NCBI GenBank assembly: GCA_020137815.1
Contig: CM035352.1
Span: 5,146,001 to 5,210,000 of the forward strand
Length of the DNA: 64,000 nucleotides
Reading direction: 5' to 3'
From: Hormiphora californensis
Lineage: Eukaryota > Animalia > Ctenophora
Shown: positions 1 to 11,229 of the stretch, one piece after another
Layout of the letters: each line of letters opens with the position of its first letter
Numbering within the stretch: the first letter of the stretch is position 1
Notes under the pieces: model-generated
Seen by the model: the letters and a program-made list of their open reading frames with translations, nothing else
What the model was told of the DNA's origin: nothing
Database searches by the model: none
Translations under genes and position numbers: made by a program

Positions 1-247
1 CAGAGCACGATGGAGAAAGTCCAAAATGAAAATGCGCCCCTCCCCCCTCTTCTGACGATGCGCGCCCCACTCCAAACTTTTATCATAACTGTGTCATCGC
101 GCCCTACGTCAGGTTCTGTTACCGCCAATCAAAAACTGTGACTTGATCTGCCCCACAACCCACAAAATTCCGTCTCAGATAAGAAGACGTACACCGTTCT
201 GATGAAATTATCACACTTCACAGCTGTCACTTGTCAGTTAACTTACA

Positions 248-3200
248 ATATTATTTTCTTCTGGTCGAGTGTACGGTTGTTAAGATCTTGAAAGAGGAAT
301 GGAAATGTGGTGGAGCGCCTCTCTTTAGCAAGGGGTTGATCATCGCTAGATCGGATCGAACTAAGTTGACCATGGGCCAGGATAGCTTTGGAGCACAGGT
401 TACAAAATATAGTAGTCGCGCTGAAATAAAAAGAAATGTTATATAGCGGTGTCTCCTTGTCTTGTTCGACCCTCCCTCCCCTAAAAAGGGCTTGAACAAA
501 ACAAGTGTCTCCCACTCAAATTATTATAGGAATTCAACTTACAGAGATCCAAAGGGGCTTGTGTCACGCATTTCCATGTCTGAAATCAGGCCTTCATAAA
601 CCGATCTGATCACCTAAAAAATCTGAATTTTAGGATCGGGTATTCACTCACATTACACAAAAATAAAAACTCTCGAAACTTTTCCCGCACTATGTGTGTA
701 AGTATGAGCGGCTAGGATGTTGCCAGTTGCCCGCACTAACCTCATCTAGATGTTGACCCCTCTCATTTTCATCCAGTTGCAACCAGAGGGAGATAACGGA
801 TCCAGCAAACTCCATAACCTCACCCTGTATAATTGGGATCAAACTGGCAACATGTGTATTGTATTTCTCTCGGGGGAATTTGTAAGGAGGCATTATACAT
901 GATATACTGTCTCGGTATAAGAGACTTTCTGGTACAAACAAGACATATTTTTTAGATCTGCGTTATGAGTTATGTTCCAACAGGGAACATAACGACAGTG
1001 CATGATATCCAGCACCTACCTTATTTCCTGAATAATGAGTTCAGAGCAAGAATTAAATAGGGAAGAAAATCGAAAAATACTGGGTTTGACCGGGAATTGA
1101 ACCAGGGACCTCCAGAGAGACATGCCAAACCCAGTATTTTTCGATTTTCTTCCCTATTTAATTCTTGCTCTGAACTCATTATTCAGAATACTAATTAATC
1201 TCTCCTTAACCGAGTTCTGCCCGTGTATGTGTGAGATTCCCCATTAAACTGTTGTACAGAGGGCGTGTGTGTGTGTTGATCACCAGAAGGAGATATCATA
1301 ATTACTTCCCTTTATCACATGGTGTCTAGCTAAGGGCAGGAGCTTGAATATAGAGCGATGAAATGCGATCAGTACATAGGGTTTGGTAGCTTAGTGGTTT
1401 ATAGCTCCGAGCATGTCTCTCTGGAGGTCCCTGGTTCAATTCCCGGTCAAACCCAGTATTTTTCGATTTTCTTCCCTATTTAATTCTTGCTCTGAACTCA
1501 TTATTCAGAATACTAATTAATCTCTCCTTAACCGAGTTCTGCCCGTGTATGTGTGAGATTCCCCATTAAACTGTTGTACAGAGGGCGTGTGTGTGTGTTG
1601 ATCACCAGAAGGAGATATCAAAATTACTTCCCTTTATCACATGGTGTCTAGCTAAGGGCAGGAGCTTGAATATAGAGCGATGAAATGCGATCAGTACATA
1701 GGGTTTGGTAGCTTAGTGGTTTATAGCTCCGAGCATGTCTCTCTGGAGGTCCCTGGTTCAATTCCCGGTCAAACCCAGTATTTTTCGATTTTCTTCCCTA
1801 TTTAATTCTTGCTCTGAACTCATTATTCAGAATACTAATTAATCTCTCCTTAACCGAGTTCTGCCCGTGTATGTGTGAGATTCCCCATTAAACTGTTGTA
1901 CAGAGGGCGTGTGTGTGTGTTGATCACCAGAAGGAGATATCAAAATTACTTCCCTTTACCTTATTTCCCTTGTAAAGCAATGCCCGGGTAGGTTTAACGA
2001 CCCGACTGAGGACAAGGTCACCAAGTTGAAACACAAGGGAAGGACTCTGGCCAGTTTCCAAGATTTGATTTATATACAGGGTGCATAGCTTAGCAATGAA
2101 GACAACGGAATCCGCTTTACTTCTTGGTGCTGGCCTGATTAGGGGATATTAGCAGGGTCTCATGGAGATTTAGTGGATGGACATTAAATTAATTGGTAAT
2201 TAATTAACAACTATAATTTAGTACAGAGTGTGAGAAGGGTTTGTGAAATGGAGCTCTAAAATAAGGATGCAAGTCAGTAATTTACCATTCTTGTTGTATG
2301 AATTGACACAGAAACTCAAAGATAGTAGGGTCATGTAGGGACTCTTTAGCAGAAGTCACTGCGAGAACGTGATAGACTGAGGAGATTATCTGAGAGGAAT
2401 TCAGGAGGCTCCGATCTCGACTCCAAACACCGATGATTTCTCGTATTAACACTGATCACGGGAAAATAATAATAAATAACGAAACAACTAAATTTACAAT
2501 TAGGCGATAGTGAGAAATGAATTGGGGAACTAAACCTACTTTCCCATTTTCCAGTTGACACATTAGAGCAGTGTTGCTGGGACACCAAGATATAGTGGGA
2601 GAGAATCCTCAGGTATTCCTTGCCGACCATAGCACAGTTTCTAGAGTCCATGAGGATATCTACCATGTGGCTTGATATTACATCTGATGTTTTGATTCGT
2701 TCACCCCTAGCGTCACCATGCTTGATTACCGCAGCATATGCAGCAGTTAAACCTAAACAAGATTATTTGCGTTATATGTTCCATGTGAAGCTGTAAATAA
2801 AGGAAATCATTGCAGCAGTTAAGCCAAAATCGCCGAAAGTTCTCTGAAAACTGTTATCACAGCAGTCAGCAAGGGATATACCGATCAAACAAGCAGTAGC
2901 TGGTGAACGACACAGAAGAAGTAAGTATTACATCTTGTTCAATTTACCTTTACACTTTGATGGAGGGTCCGCTTTCGTAAACTTTGACAGAAGAAACAAT
3001 ATTGCGTCATGGACCCAGCCCAGTAAGATCGACCATGATAGATGCTTGTTCCTGGAGTCTGTCTTAAAATCCAGCTTCTCCCTGACTTTGAATTCGCAAA
3101 CCTCCTTTGCAACTGTCTCAAGTGCTTTCTGGTTGAAACCATTGTGTTAAAACAGTGCAATAAAGTGTACTTTTCCCGTTCATGCATCATCTTACCTTTC

Positions 3201-3255
3201 TTTGAGTCCTGTTTCCGGACACTAAATGACCACATGCCTCCTCGAAACTCGGCAT
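248..3255 (-). CDS. ATM: ATM serine/threonine kinase, N-terminal exons (partial; continues beyond left edge of window)
   Basis: GT-AG exons at about 3255-3196, 3128-2948, 2752-2540, 2451-2286, 2134-1960, 824-741, 613-543 and 420-248 splice into one open frame. It reads MPSFEEACGHLVSGNRTQRKKALE...LDFKTDSRNKHLSW...GERIKTSDVISSHMVDILMDSRNCAMVGKEYLRILSHYILVSQQHCSNVSTGKW. By eye this matches the ATM TAN motif and following region (human [65 protein letters not shown]). Confidence 0.75.
1379..1455 (+). ncRNA. tRNA-like Pol III module (pseudo-tRNA), copy 1
   Basis: GGGTTTG/CAAACCC acceptor stem, A box TAGCTTAGTGG, B box GGTTCAATTCC, T5 terminator just downstream. Anticodon arm is irregular. Confidence 0.65.
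1701..1777 (+). ncRNA. tRNA-like Pol III module (pseudo-tRNA), copy 2
   Basis: Identical to 1379-1455, 322 bp downstream. Confidence 0.65.
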
Positions 3256-3477
3256 TTGAGGCTAAAGCCCCTTACTTTAACCAAGAGCGACGTGAGATAG
3301 GCTAGAGAAACGAAAACGTTAAGTGTTAACATGTTCAATCGGGGCGAAGAAAAGCTTTCTGCCTAGTGCCTGGGTTCAGTGAGTGACCAGACTAGGGAAA
3401 ATGAAAAAAAATAGCTAAAAAGTGAGAAAATTACGCGAATTTTGATGAGAAATTGCCGGAAATGGTCATTTAAATCA

Positions 3478-3703
3478 TAAAGTCGGATTTTTTGAAACTG
3501 TCACCCCCCTGGGTATTTTCAAACTTCGTAAATGACCATAAATCCGGTTCCTGACGAGATAGAGACTTGAAATTTGGAGGTTACGAAGATCTTGCTAAGT
3601 TCTTCCGAACCTTCAAATTTCAAGTCTCTATCTTATCAGGAACCGGAGATATGGCAAATTTTGTTATTTCAGGGGGGTGACAGTTTCAAAAAATCCGACT
3701 TTA
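3478..3703. mobile_element. MITE, nearly fully palindromic (AGTCGG..CCGACT termini; Kolobok-like or TA-target family)
   Basis: TAAAGTCGGATTTTTTGAAACTGTCACCCCCCTG ... CAGGGGGGTGACAGTTTCAAAAAATCCGACTTTA, plus an internal inverted repeat. An end remnant is also at about 6405-6432. Confidence 0.85.
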
Positions 3704-3779
3704 GAATCGAGAAAGAAGCGACAAAGCACACAAAAAACACGAAAAACGCGAAAAAAATTTGCTAAAATAAAATAAAAAC

Positions 3780-3970
3780 ACCTTTACTCTCACGGCGCGG
3801 TTTTTCCCACGCGCGCGGCGTAAAAAGCAACACAGTGCTGACAAAAAATCTGGGCTGCATGTGGATTTTTCAAATTTATCGTTCTCGTCAGGTTTTTTTT
3901 TAAAATTTTCATTTCAGTCGCCGTAGTTGAAAAGTGCTGCCTTGTCCCGCGCTGCAGCAGCGTTTGCCAA
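3780..3970. promoter_or_regulatory. Candidate bidirectional promoter between ATM and the plus-strand gene cluster
   Basis: CpG-rich patch (CACGGCGCGGTTTTTCCCACGCGCGCGGCG) between divergent genes; positional inference only. Confidence 0.3.
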
Positions 3971-4044
3971 TCGCCGTAGCCAAGAGTGAAGCAGAAGCTA
4001 AGATTTTCCGAGGCCAGATGCCTAGCTCAGGCCAGGGCAGGGGG

Positions 4045-4540
4045 ACGTTAAAATCTGGATGTTTTGAGTGTCGGTTTTTAGACTTAGGAGTTAAGGCTAA
4101 AGTAGGGTTGGCCGTTGGGGCCTGGGGTTAGCGTTGGGGTTAGGGCTTGAGATTTCCTATCAGATAAATCTTGAATTAGCCAAAACGGTTGAGAGGTTTG
4201 GTGGAGGTTGAGAGTTGAGACGGCTGATGGGTTAGAGCTGTCTATTGGGGCCTGGTTAGGGCTATGTTTGGGGTTATCGGTTAGCGCTTTCGATTATCTG
4301 TCAAGTGTCAGATACCGTTTAGTTTATTTAAATCGTTGAATTGTTCATACTTTACTTTTTATTCCGTGTGAAACACGGAGACAGTGTCAGGCGACTCAAT
4401 TAAATCGGTCATGGGATTGTAGGACGTAGCCGTTTGAAAAAAATTGATCTTAGTGTGCTCTTTTTGGTAGCACGAACATGTAAACACTAAACACTGTTTA
4501 GTAAACAGTCTTCAAGGCACCCAAACTATAATCACGCCTG
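4045..4540. mobile_element. Non-autonomous DNA element with degenerate GGGTTA/TTAGGG tracts (same family as 27882-30313)
   Basis: Shares blocks (CGTTAAAATC..GG, CAGATAAA..TTGAAT.AGCCAAAACGGTTGAG, TAGCCGTTTGAAAAAA, CAAGGCACCCA.A.TATAATC) with 28003-28110 and 29881-30300. Confidence 0.7.
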
Positions 4541-5164
4541 AAAAAAAACTAACGGCTAACCAATGTAAAAAGTAATTCTTGTAGTAGTCACACTCTGACG
4601 GACTCTGAAGTATGAACGGTCCAATTTGTGCTATGAGTCATACAGTTGGCTTTCTACAGCTCGGTATGAAGGATTTAGTAGGACTGTACGTTTCAAGCAT
4701 GTTTCAAAGATTATGTTTTTTCCATCACCATTTTGCTGGTTATCAGCATGCCAAATTACACTTCAAATGGCAGCCAGACCGAAAATAAAAGTCCTATAGA
4801 GCACTGTGCTGTAGCAGGTGGCATTAATATCTGATCATGGCTGGTCTCTGGTTTAATTCTAATAAGCCATATATAAATAAGAGATGAGAATGATGTGTTT
4901 TCTGTGTGATAATACCATCAATACTGTAATATGAACCCGCACTCTCATGTAGTAGTCTTTTACTGCTACGAATAAATGGTTGTGCTATCCACGCTTTATG
5001 TGATTTATTGATCTACAGCATGTATTTAATTATAATCCTCCAGTTTTGCACGTGTCTAATATAATTCTCATATATTTAATGGCTGCTACTAACAACTACA
5101 CTCTACTACAGACACTAATATAGCTAAAAAAACTGTTGACAATTCATCCCATATATTTCAGGGG

Positions 5165-8107
5165 ATGGTGTCATGGTGCAAGGTTGCCATTGGTCTCCCC
5201 GATATAATCGGGTTCCTCTGCTTCATGGTCCTCGGCCTCTCTGTTGCTGTCGTTCCAACTCTACAATTCATCTCACTAGCAGTAAAGCGCTTCGGTCAGG
5301 ACTCCCTGGAACTGTCCCTGGAGTGCTTTAGAGCCAATGAGATGGAGAGAAATAAGACGTGTGAAGACATGTTGTATGAGATCCAGGGTGATATCTCATC
5401 CCTTCAGTTCCCGATTAACATCATTAAGGGAATCGTTTCACCGGTATTTGTCTTCGGATTGGGTGCTATTGCGGACGTGTTTGGCCAGAAAATACCTCTT
5501 AACTTCGTAGGCAGGAGTCCTGACAGTTTGGTCGGCTGGTATTCTGTACGGAGGGTGGTTTTTTAACCAGTGTCCCCCTTGGGTCTACATTCCTATTCAT
5601 GGGTGCTGTCATTGGGTTTTCAGGGGGATCACCTTTTGTAACCATAAACTTCCTTACTGGCTACCTCTCCTTTTCAACTCCTCTCCACCAACGAACAGTT
5701 CGGTTTGGAACCCTCATTGGGATCAGCACTCTGGGAGTCGTTGTTGGACCTCTGATCAGTGGTGTGTTTCTCACAGCATACCCTACCAAATACTACATCT
5801 GTCCTCTTATCTCGTTGTGCGTCTCCGTGGTTAACTTGATCCTGACTTGTCTGTTGTCTCCCATTAAACCGGAGGAAAGGCCTAAAAGTGTCGGGTCAGC
5901 CCTTCAGATCCAGTTCGCTACCATCCGAGATTTGTTCAAATATCAGTTTTACAAGAAGCATCTTGGGAAGTTTATTGCCGCCATTGGGATGTACATGTTA
6001 TGTAGTGTGGGTCTTCTTGCTCCTCTTGTCTTCATTCCGGTTGTGTACTCCCTTGGGCCGCCCTTCAAATGGACTGCTTCTTTCCTGGCATTCTTTCAAA
6101 CAGGTATAAGTTCGGATAGATAGGGGTGAAAACATAATAATCCGACTATAAAAACCCCATAATGATACAATACATAGTGATATTTTGAGTCGAACAACAC
6201 AATAATACCTAGTGTATCACATTCTCATATATGTTTCCAGGTCTTGGTATTGCTATCGGCCTGCAAAACATCATCACCACCCGTCTCTTTGAACTGTGCA
6301 AGGTGGACCGACTCAATATGATCAGGATTGTGACTTTCCTCGGGTTTGCCTCAACTTTTGTTTTAGCGTTTGCTGAAGACAATTATCTACTGATAACAGG
6401 TAAAGTGACATTTTCAAAAAATCCGACTTTAAATTTAATACCAGTGATCGGCTTCCAAATGTGATGAAAGATGATGAGAGTTTTAATAAAATGTGTTTCA
6501 GGAGTTGTACTTATGACATTCATCTGTGTGTCCCACCCCGCCCTACAATCCCTCATTCTCTCCCTTGTACAGCCCAAAGAGGTCAGCTTTACAGTTTACA
6601 TTCTAATGCCCAGCACTTCAACGCGTGTATTTTATAGTATCAGAATGTCGAGTGTGTATTTAACCAAACTGACAAATTGTCTACAGCTCGGTGTGCGATC
6701 TTTTTAGAGTGGTTATTATTGTCACCATGACAACTCTTTATTCTTCTTCTTTCAGATCGGTACGACTATTGGAATGATGGCAGCTACCCAGGCGATAGCA
6801 GAAGGTGTCTTTCTGAGTGTTGTTATTGTAGCCTACAAAGAAACACATCTCTTCATGAACGGCTTCTGCTACTTTATCGTTACTTTCTTCCTGGGAGGAG
6901 CTTTAGTGATCGCCCTGTAAGTGATATATGGGCCGATATATGACTAATTAGTAAATTAATAGTTAGTAACTGTGTACAATCGTCCAATTCTCTCCAGATG
7001 ATGTGATTTTATTTGAGGGTTTATCCCTCGTTCACCCTATAATACAGTCGGACCCCGATTTAGGGACACCCTCGGGGGAAAGGGTCTTGTCCACTAAATC
7101 GGGGTGTCCACTAAATCGGGGTGAGCCATATTTGACCCAAAAAACCTATTTGATTGCCCAAAATGCTATTAATAATTAATGCTATTATTAAGACTAAAGA
7201 CACCTCTAACTGTTATATGCAATATTCATGTATTGATGACATGATCATTTCTGATTAGAAAAAGAAAAATATAAAATAATTCTTTTTCAAAAAAATGTGG
7301 AAAATTTTCTAAGTTATACCAGCCCGTCCGGTTTGTATTTCGAATCGGTGCAACTTACTGGATATCCTGTCTAATTAGCAGGTTCAAAACGAACCGATAC
7401 GTGATACCATACCGAATCGGGGCACCCTAAGCGGGTGAGGAAGTATAAAAATTTCAAAATAACTTTTTCTCTCAAAATTTATGGGGAGCACCGATCAAAG
7501 CATTGACAATCGCACTGTAAAATTTTGCAAAAAAGTTATAAAATTTTTTAAAGGTATACCAACCACGTCCGAATCGTGTTTCGAATCGGTGCATCTTATC
7601 GCATGTCCTGCTGCTAATTAGACGGAACGAATCGAAACGTGATCCCCATCGAATCGAAATTTTGACGCTTGGATCTTGGTGAACTTGTGATTCGATGGGC
7701 ACCATGGGGATCACGTATCGGTTCGTTCCGAACCGTCTAATTAGCAGAAGGACATGCGATAAGATGCACCGATTCGAAACACGATTCGGACATGGCTGGA
7801 ATCTTTTTGAAAAATTTCACAAAAAATTTCCCAAAAAAATTCAAAAATTTTTGGGGAAAAAAAATCCTGTCCCTAAATCGGGGTGTCCCTAAATCGGGGG
7901 TCCCTAAATCGGGGTCCGACTGTATCTGATCTTTCTCCTTTCAGGTGTTATCGACACCCAAAAGGTTTTGACCATCTTGCTCCGGGCAGTGGTGGTTCTC
8001 CTACCCCTGAATCCCCTGAACTTGGTTCCAACCCAGAGTTGACAGTACCTGCTATTGAAGGATCATCAAACGAGGGGCTGGCAGTGCGCCAGGAAACTGC
8101 AGCATAG
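5165..8107 (+). CDS. MFS transporter, SLC46-like, paralog A
   Basis: Exons 5165-6103, 6241-6399, 6502-6581, 6756-6916, 7945-8107. Many TM helices; MFS motif A-like GAIADVFGQK; GVVVGPLISG. Indels near 5500-5600 break the frame. Confidence 0.8.
7045..7922. mobile_element. Tc1/mariner-pogo-type MITE with TA TSD in MFS-A intron 4
   Basis: TA|CAGTCGGACCCCGATTTAGGGAC ... GTCCCTAAATCGGGGTCCGACTG|TA, subterminal CTAAATCGGGG repeats, nested internal palindrome at about 7560-7800. Confidence 0.9.
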
Positions 8108-8605
8108 GAAATAAACTCTGTGGCATTAGACCCGCAATTAATATACAAATGATGTTAGAAATATACTCTGTCCCGACTCCCCTGGACCCGAAAGAGATTT
8201 ATACAGAAATTTGAACTTCAAATAACACACGTTGCACCGTAGAAGGGGTACGAGAACAGTTTTGTAACTTGTGAGAGTGACTTATATGTTTTTAGCATTT
8301 TGTTTTTAGTCTGACTCTATATTTTATACTCACAATCATTTTAGCAGTTTTGATATGGTAAAATTATTGATTATGTAGTTGCATTTGTTAATTATTTTCT
8401 TCATAATTTAATTCAGCGAACTCACTGATGTGTCTATATTAGGTTTTACTATTTTTAGGTGTTACTGCCCTAAACAAACATGTTTTGTTTACGTCGCTAC
8501 CTAAACAAATAAACAGTCGACCTGTCGTTCATTTCATCAATTTTGTCTTGTTTAGTAAACCTATTTAGTATTTCTTATAACAGTTGTAATTAACTATTTT
8601 CAGGG

Positions 8606-10783
8606 ATGGCCGCACCACGAGTTGGTCTTCCCGACTGTATAGGCTTACTTTGCTTCATCGTCCTGGGGCTATCAGTCTCCATTATCCCGACCATTCAGTT
8701 CATATCCCTGGCAGTAAAGCGATACGGAGAGGACTCCCTGGACCTCTCTCTAGAATGCTATCACCAATCTAAAGAGAAGAGAAATGAAACGTGCAAGGAG
8801 ATATTGTCCAATCTACAGGATGACATTTCATCACTACAATTCGCTATCAATCTCACAAAGGGAATCCTGGCACCCTTTTTCGTGTTTGCTCTGGGCGCCC
8901 TCGCGGATGTTTTTGGGCAGAAAATTCCAATCGTGTTTTCTGTGTTTATGAATCTGGTTTGGGCGGCTGGCATCTCCTCCTGTGCAATATTCAGCTCACG
9001 CATCCCATTTTGGGCGTACATAATCTTGATGGGTGTTATCCTAGGTCTGGCTGGTGGGATCAACCTTTGTGACGATAACATTCATAACCGGTTATCTTTC
9101 AATGTTAACTCCAGTCCAGGACCAGGCTGTCCGATTTGGGACACTCATTCGGAATCGGTATGGTAGGAGTTGTTGTTGGTCCCCTGATTAGTGGTGTTGT
9201 CCTCTCTGCCTACCCCACTATGTACTTCATCTGCCCTCTTGCCTCCACCGGGTTTGCCTGTATTCAACTTTATCCTAGTCATGCTTTCCTAAAGCCCATC
9301 AAAGCCTGAGGAGAGACCGGGGAGTGTGGGACAGGCCCTGAAGGCTCAGTTTGGGAACATACGGGACTTGTTCAAATACCAGTCCTACCTGCCCAAGTTC
9401 CTGGGAACCATTGTTCATGTACATGTTTTGTAGTGTGGGACTCATTGCTCCCCTTGTGTTCATCCCTACTGTATACTCTCTTGGAGAACCGTTCAAGTGG
9501 ACTGCATCTTTCAGGGCTTTCTTCCAGTCGGGTGAGTCCATAATATTGACACTCAATAATGAACTCAACAAGCCCCTTGTTTTAACTTGTTGTCGTCATG
9601 TGTCGTCACGCTGAAAATGCATGTCACGCTTTGCTTTTTTTAGAAGGCGTGACATTGAGTCCCAAAACTTCCTGCTGCCCACTACCTCCCTGCCCCATCC
9701 CATCCACTATATTTTGTTCCCTAATTTAGGTCTGGGTATAACGATAGGGACTGCAGAATATTGTGACAATGCGAGTCCTGAAACTGTTCAAAGTTGGCAG
9801 ACCCGGAACGGTCCGTATTGGCATATTTCTAGCCTTTGTAGCCACATTCTTCCTTGCATTCGCCACCACTAATATGGTTCTAATTGTTGGTAAGTTCTTT
9901 ATAGTGTTGTTGGTTACTGTCCATCTCACTCTGCCAGCTTCCTCACTTTCTCTGTCTCTCTAAATATTATAACATTGTTTCTCTGTTACAGGTGTTGCCT
10001 TGACAACCTTTATCTGCGTCTCAAACCCGGCTCTCCAGTCTATGATTCTTTCCCTTGTGGAGCCCAAACAGGTAAAATAGGATATTTTTGGCAACATATT
10101 TGGTTGACAAGCCTGGTGTAAAACCTGCTAATTTCAAATACCATTGACTACTCGGGATTCCCAGCTAGCTATTTGAATTCCTATAATTCTCAGTTCCCTG
10201 CTTCTCACCCCCCCCCCCCCCACCAGACAGGTGCAACGATAGGTCTAATGGCGGCGGCGCAGTCTATTGCAGAGTGTGGATTGATCAACATAGTAATAGC
10301 CGTCTACGAACAGACCCGTCACATTATTAATGGCTTCTGTTTCTTCACTGTTACATTCCTACTGGGCATTAATCTCGTCATAGCCATGTGAGTGTGGGTG
10401 TGATGTGGCTCATTATACCGCTTTTTATTTCGGTGTGGGTTCGGCTACCAATATCATTGTTGGCTGTAATTTGTTGTCCTCGAAGTGGGACTAGGGAGGT
10501 TGCTTGTACTTTACTCTAGCTAGAAAGGTGCAACATCACACACACACTAGAGTAATACAATAAATATATGCTAGGCTCTAAAATATGTTTTAAAATATGT
10601 TTTTCATATGTTCTAAGATATCACATTTTTAGGTTTTACCAGCACCCCCAAATAACTCGATTCGATAGAACAGCCCCGACAAGTGGGGATCCATCCTCTC
10701 CTGTGGTACCCAGTTCAGATGTCCTGAAAGGAGGGGTCCCTAAATCTTCAACTATCTTCAAGGTACATGTGTCTCATATCTGA
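8606..10783 (+). CDS. MFS transporter, SLC46-like, paralog B
   Basis: Exons 8606-9531, 9730-9889, 9992-10071, 10227-10387, 10633-10783. Same intron positions as paralog A and clear similarity (GALADVFGQKIP, GLIAPLVFIP.VYSLG.PFKWTASF). Several indels. Confidence 0.8.
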
Positions 10784-11229
10784 ACCATTGTTCACAGTCA
10801 AGTAACAAGTTGTACATCTAGGTATTAGGTATATGTACCTACTGCAATTAATTTAGTTTGATATAAAGTATTTAACTTGGACTTTCTGACAGGGAAAAAG
10901 TTTGTTGGAAGAAGAGGAGCTACCTGAACCGACTAGTATAACGGCTTGAGACATGTTTAATGGATATATTTCAGATACACTGTGTTTTTAATTGATTTTA
11001 AACTTAATAAATTCATGTTTTTAAACCCATCATTGATAAGACTCTGATTATGATTTTGATTTCTTAATAATGTTTTACGGATAATCAGTTTTAAAGAGTT
11101 GGTCTTTTTTAATTTTTTTGTGAAAATAATGTTATTGAGTTTTTGTTATCAAACCAAGACCCTTTCTTTTTTTGCGTTTATCATTAACTTTATTAACTCT
11201 TATTAACCAACCTGTGTTCTCCCAGTTCA

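Larger units (their letters stand above)
1028..1957. mobile_element. Tandem 322-bp repeat (about 2.6 units) with an inverted terminal segment and 12-bp TSD; each full unit carries a tRNA-like module
   Basis: Unit restarts at 1126, 1448 and 1770 (CAAACCCAGTATTTTT). 1028-1125 is an inverted partial unit. TACCTTATTTCC flanks both sides (1017-1028, 1957-1968). A further fragment lies at about 41875-41932. Confidence 0.85.

Noticed and set aside
1379-1455. Functional tRNA gene
   Set aside because: Bulged anticodon stem, no U33, a T-stem mismatch, and location within a mobile repeat. Kept only as tRNA-like.
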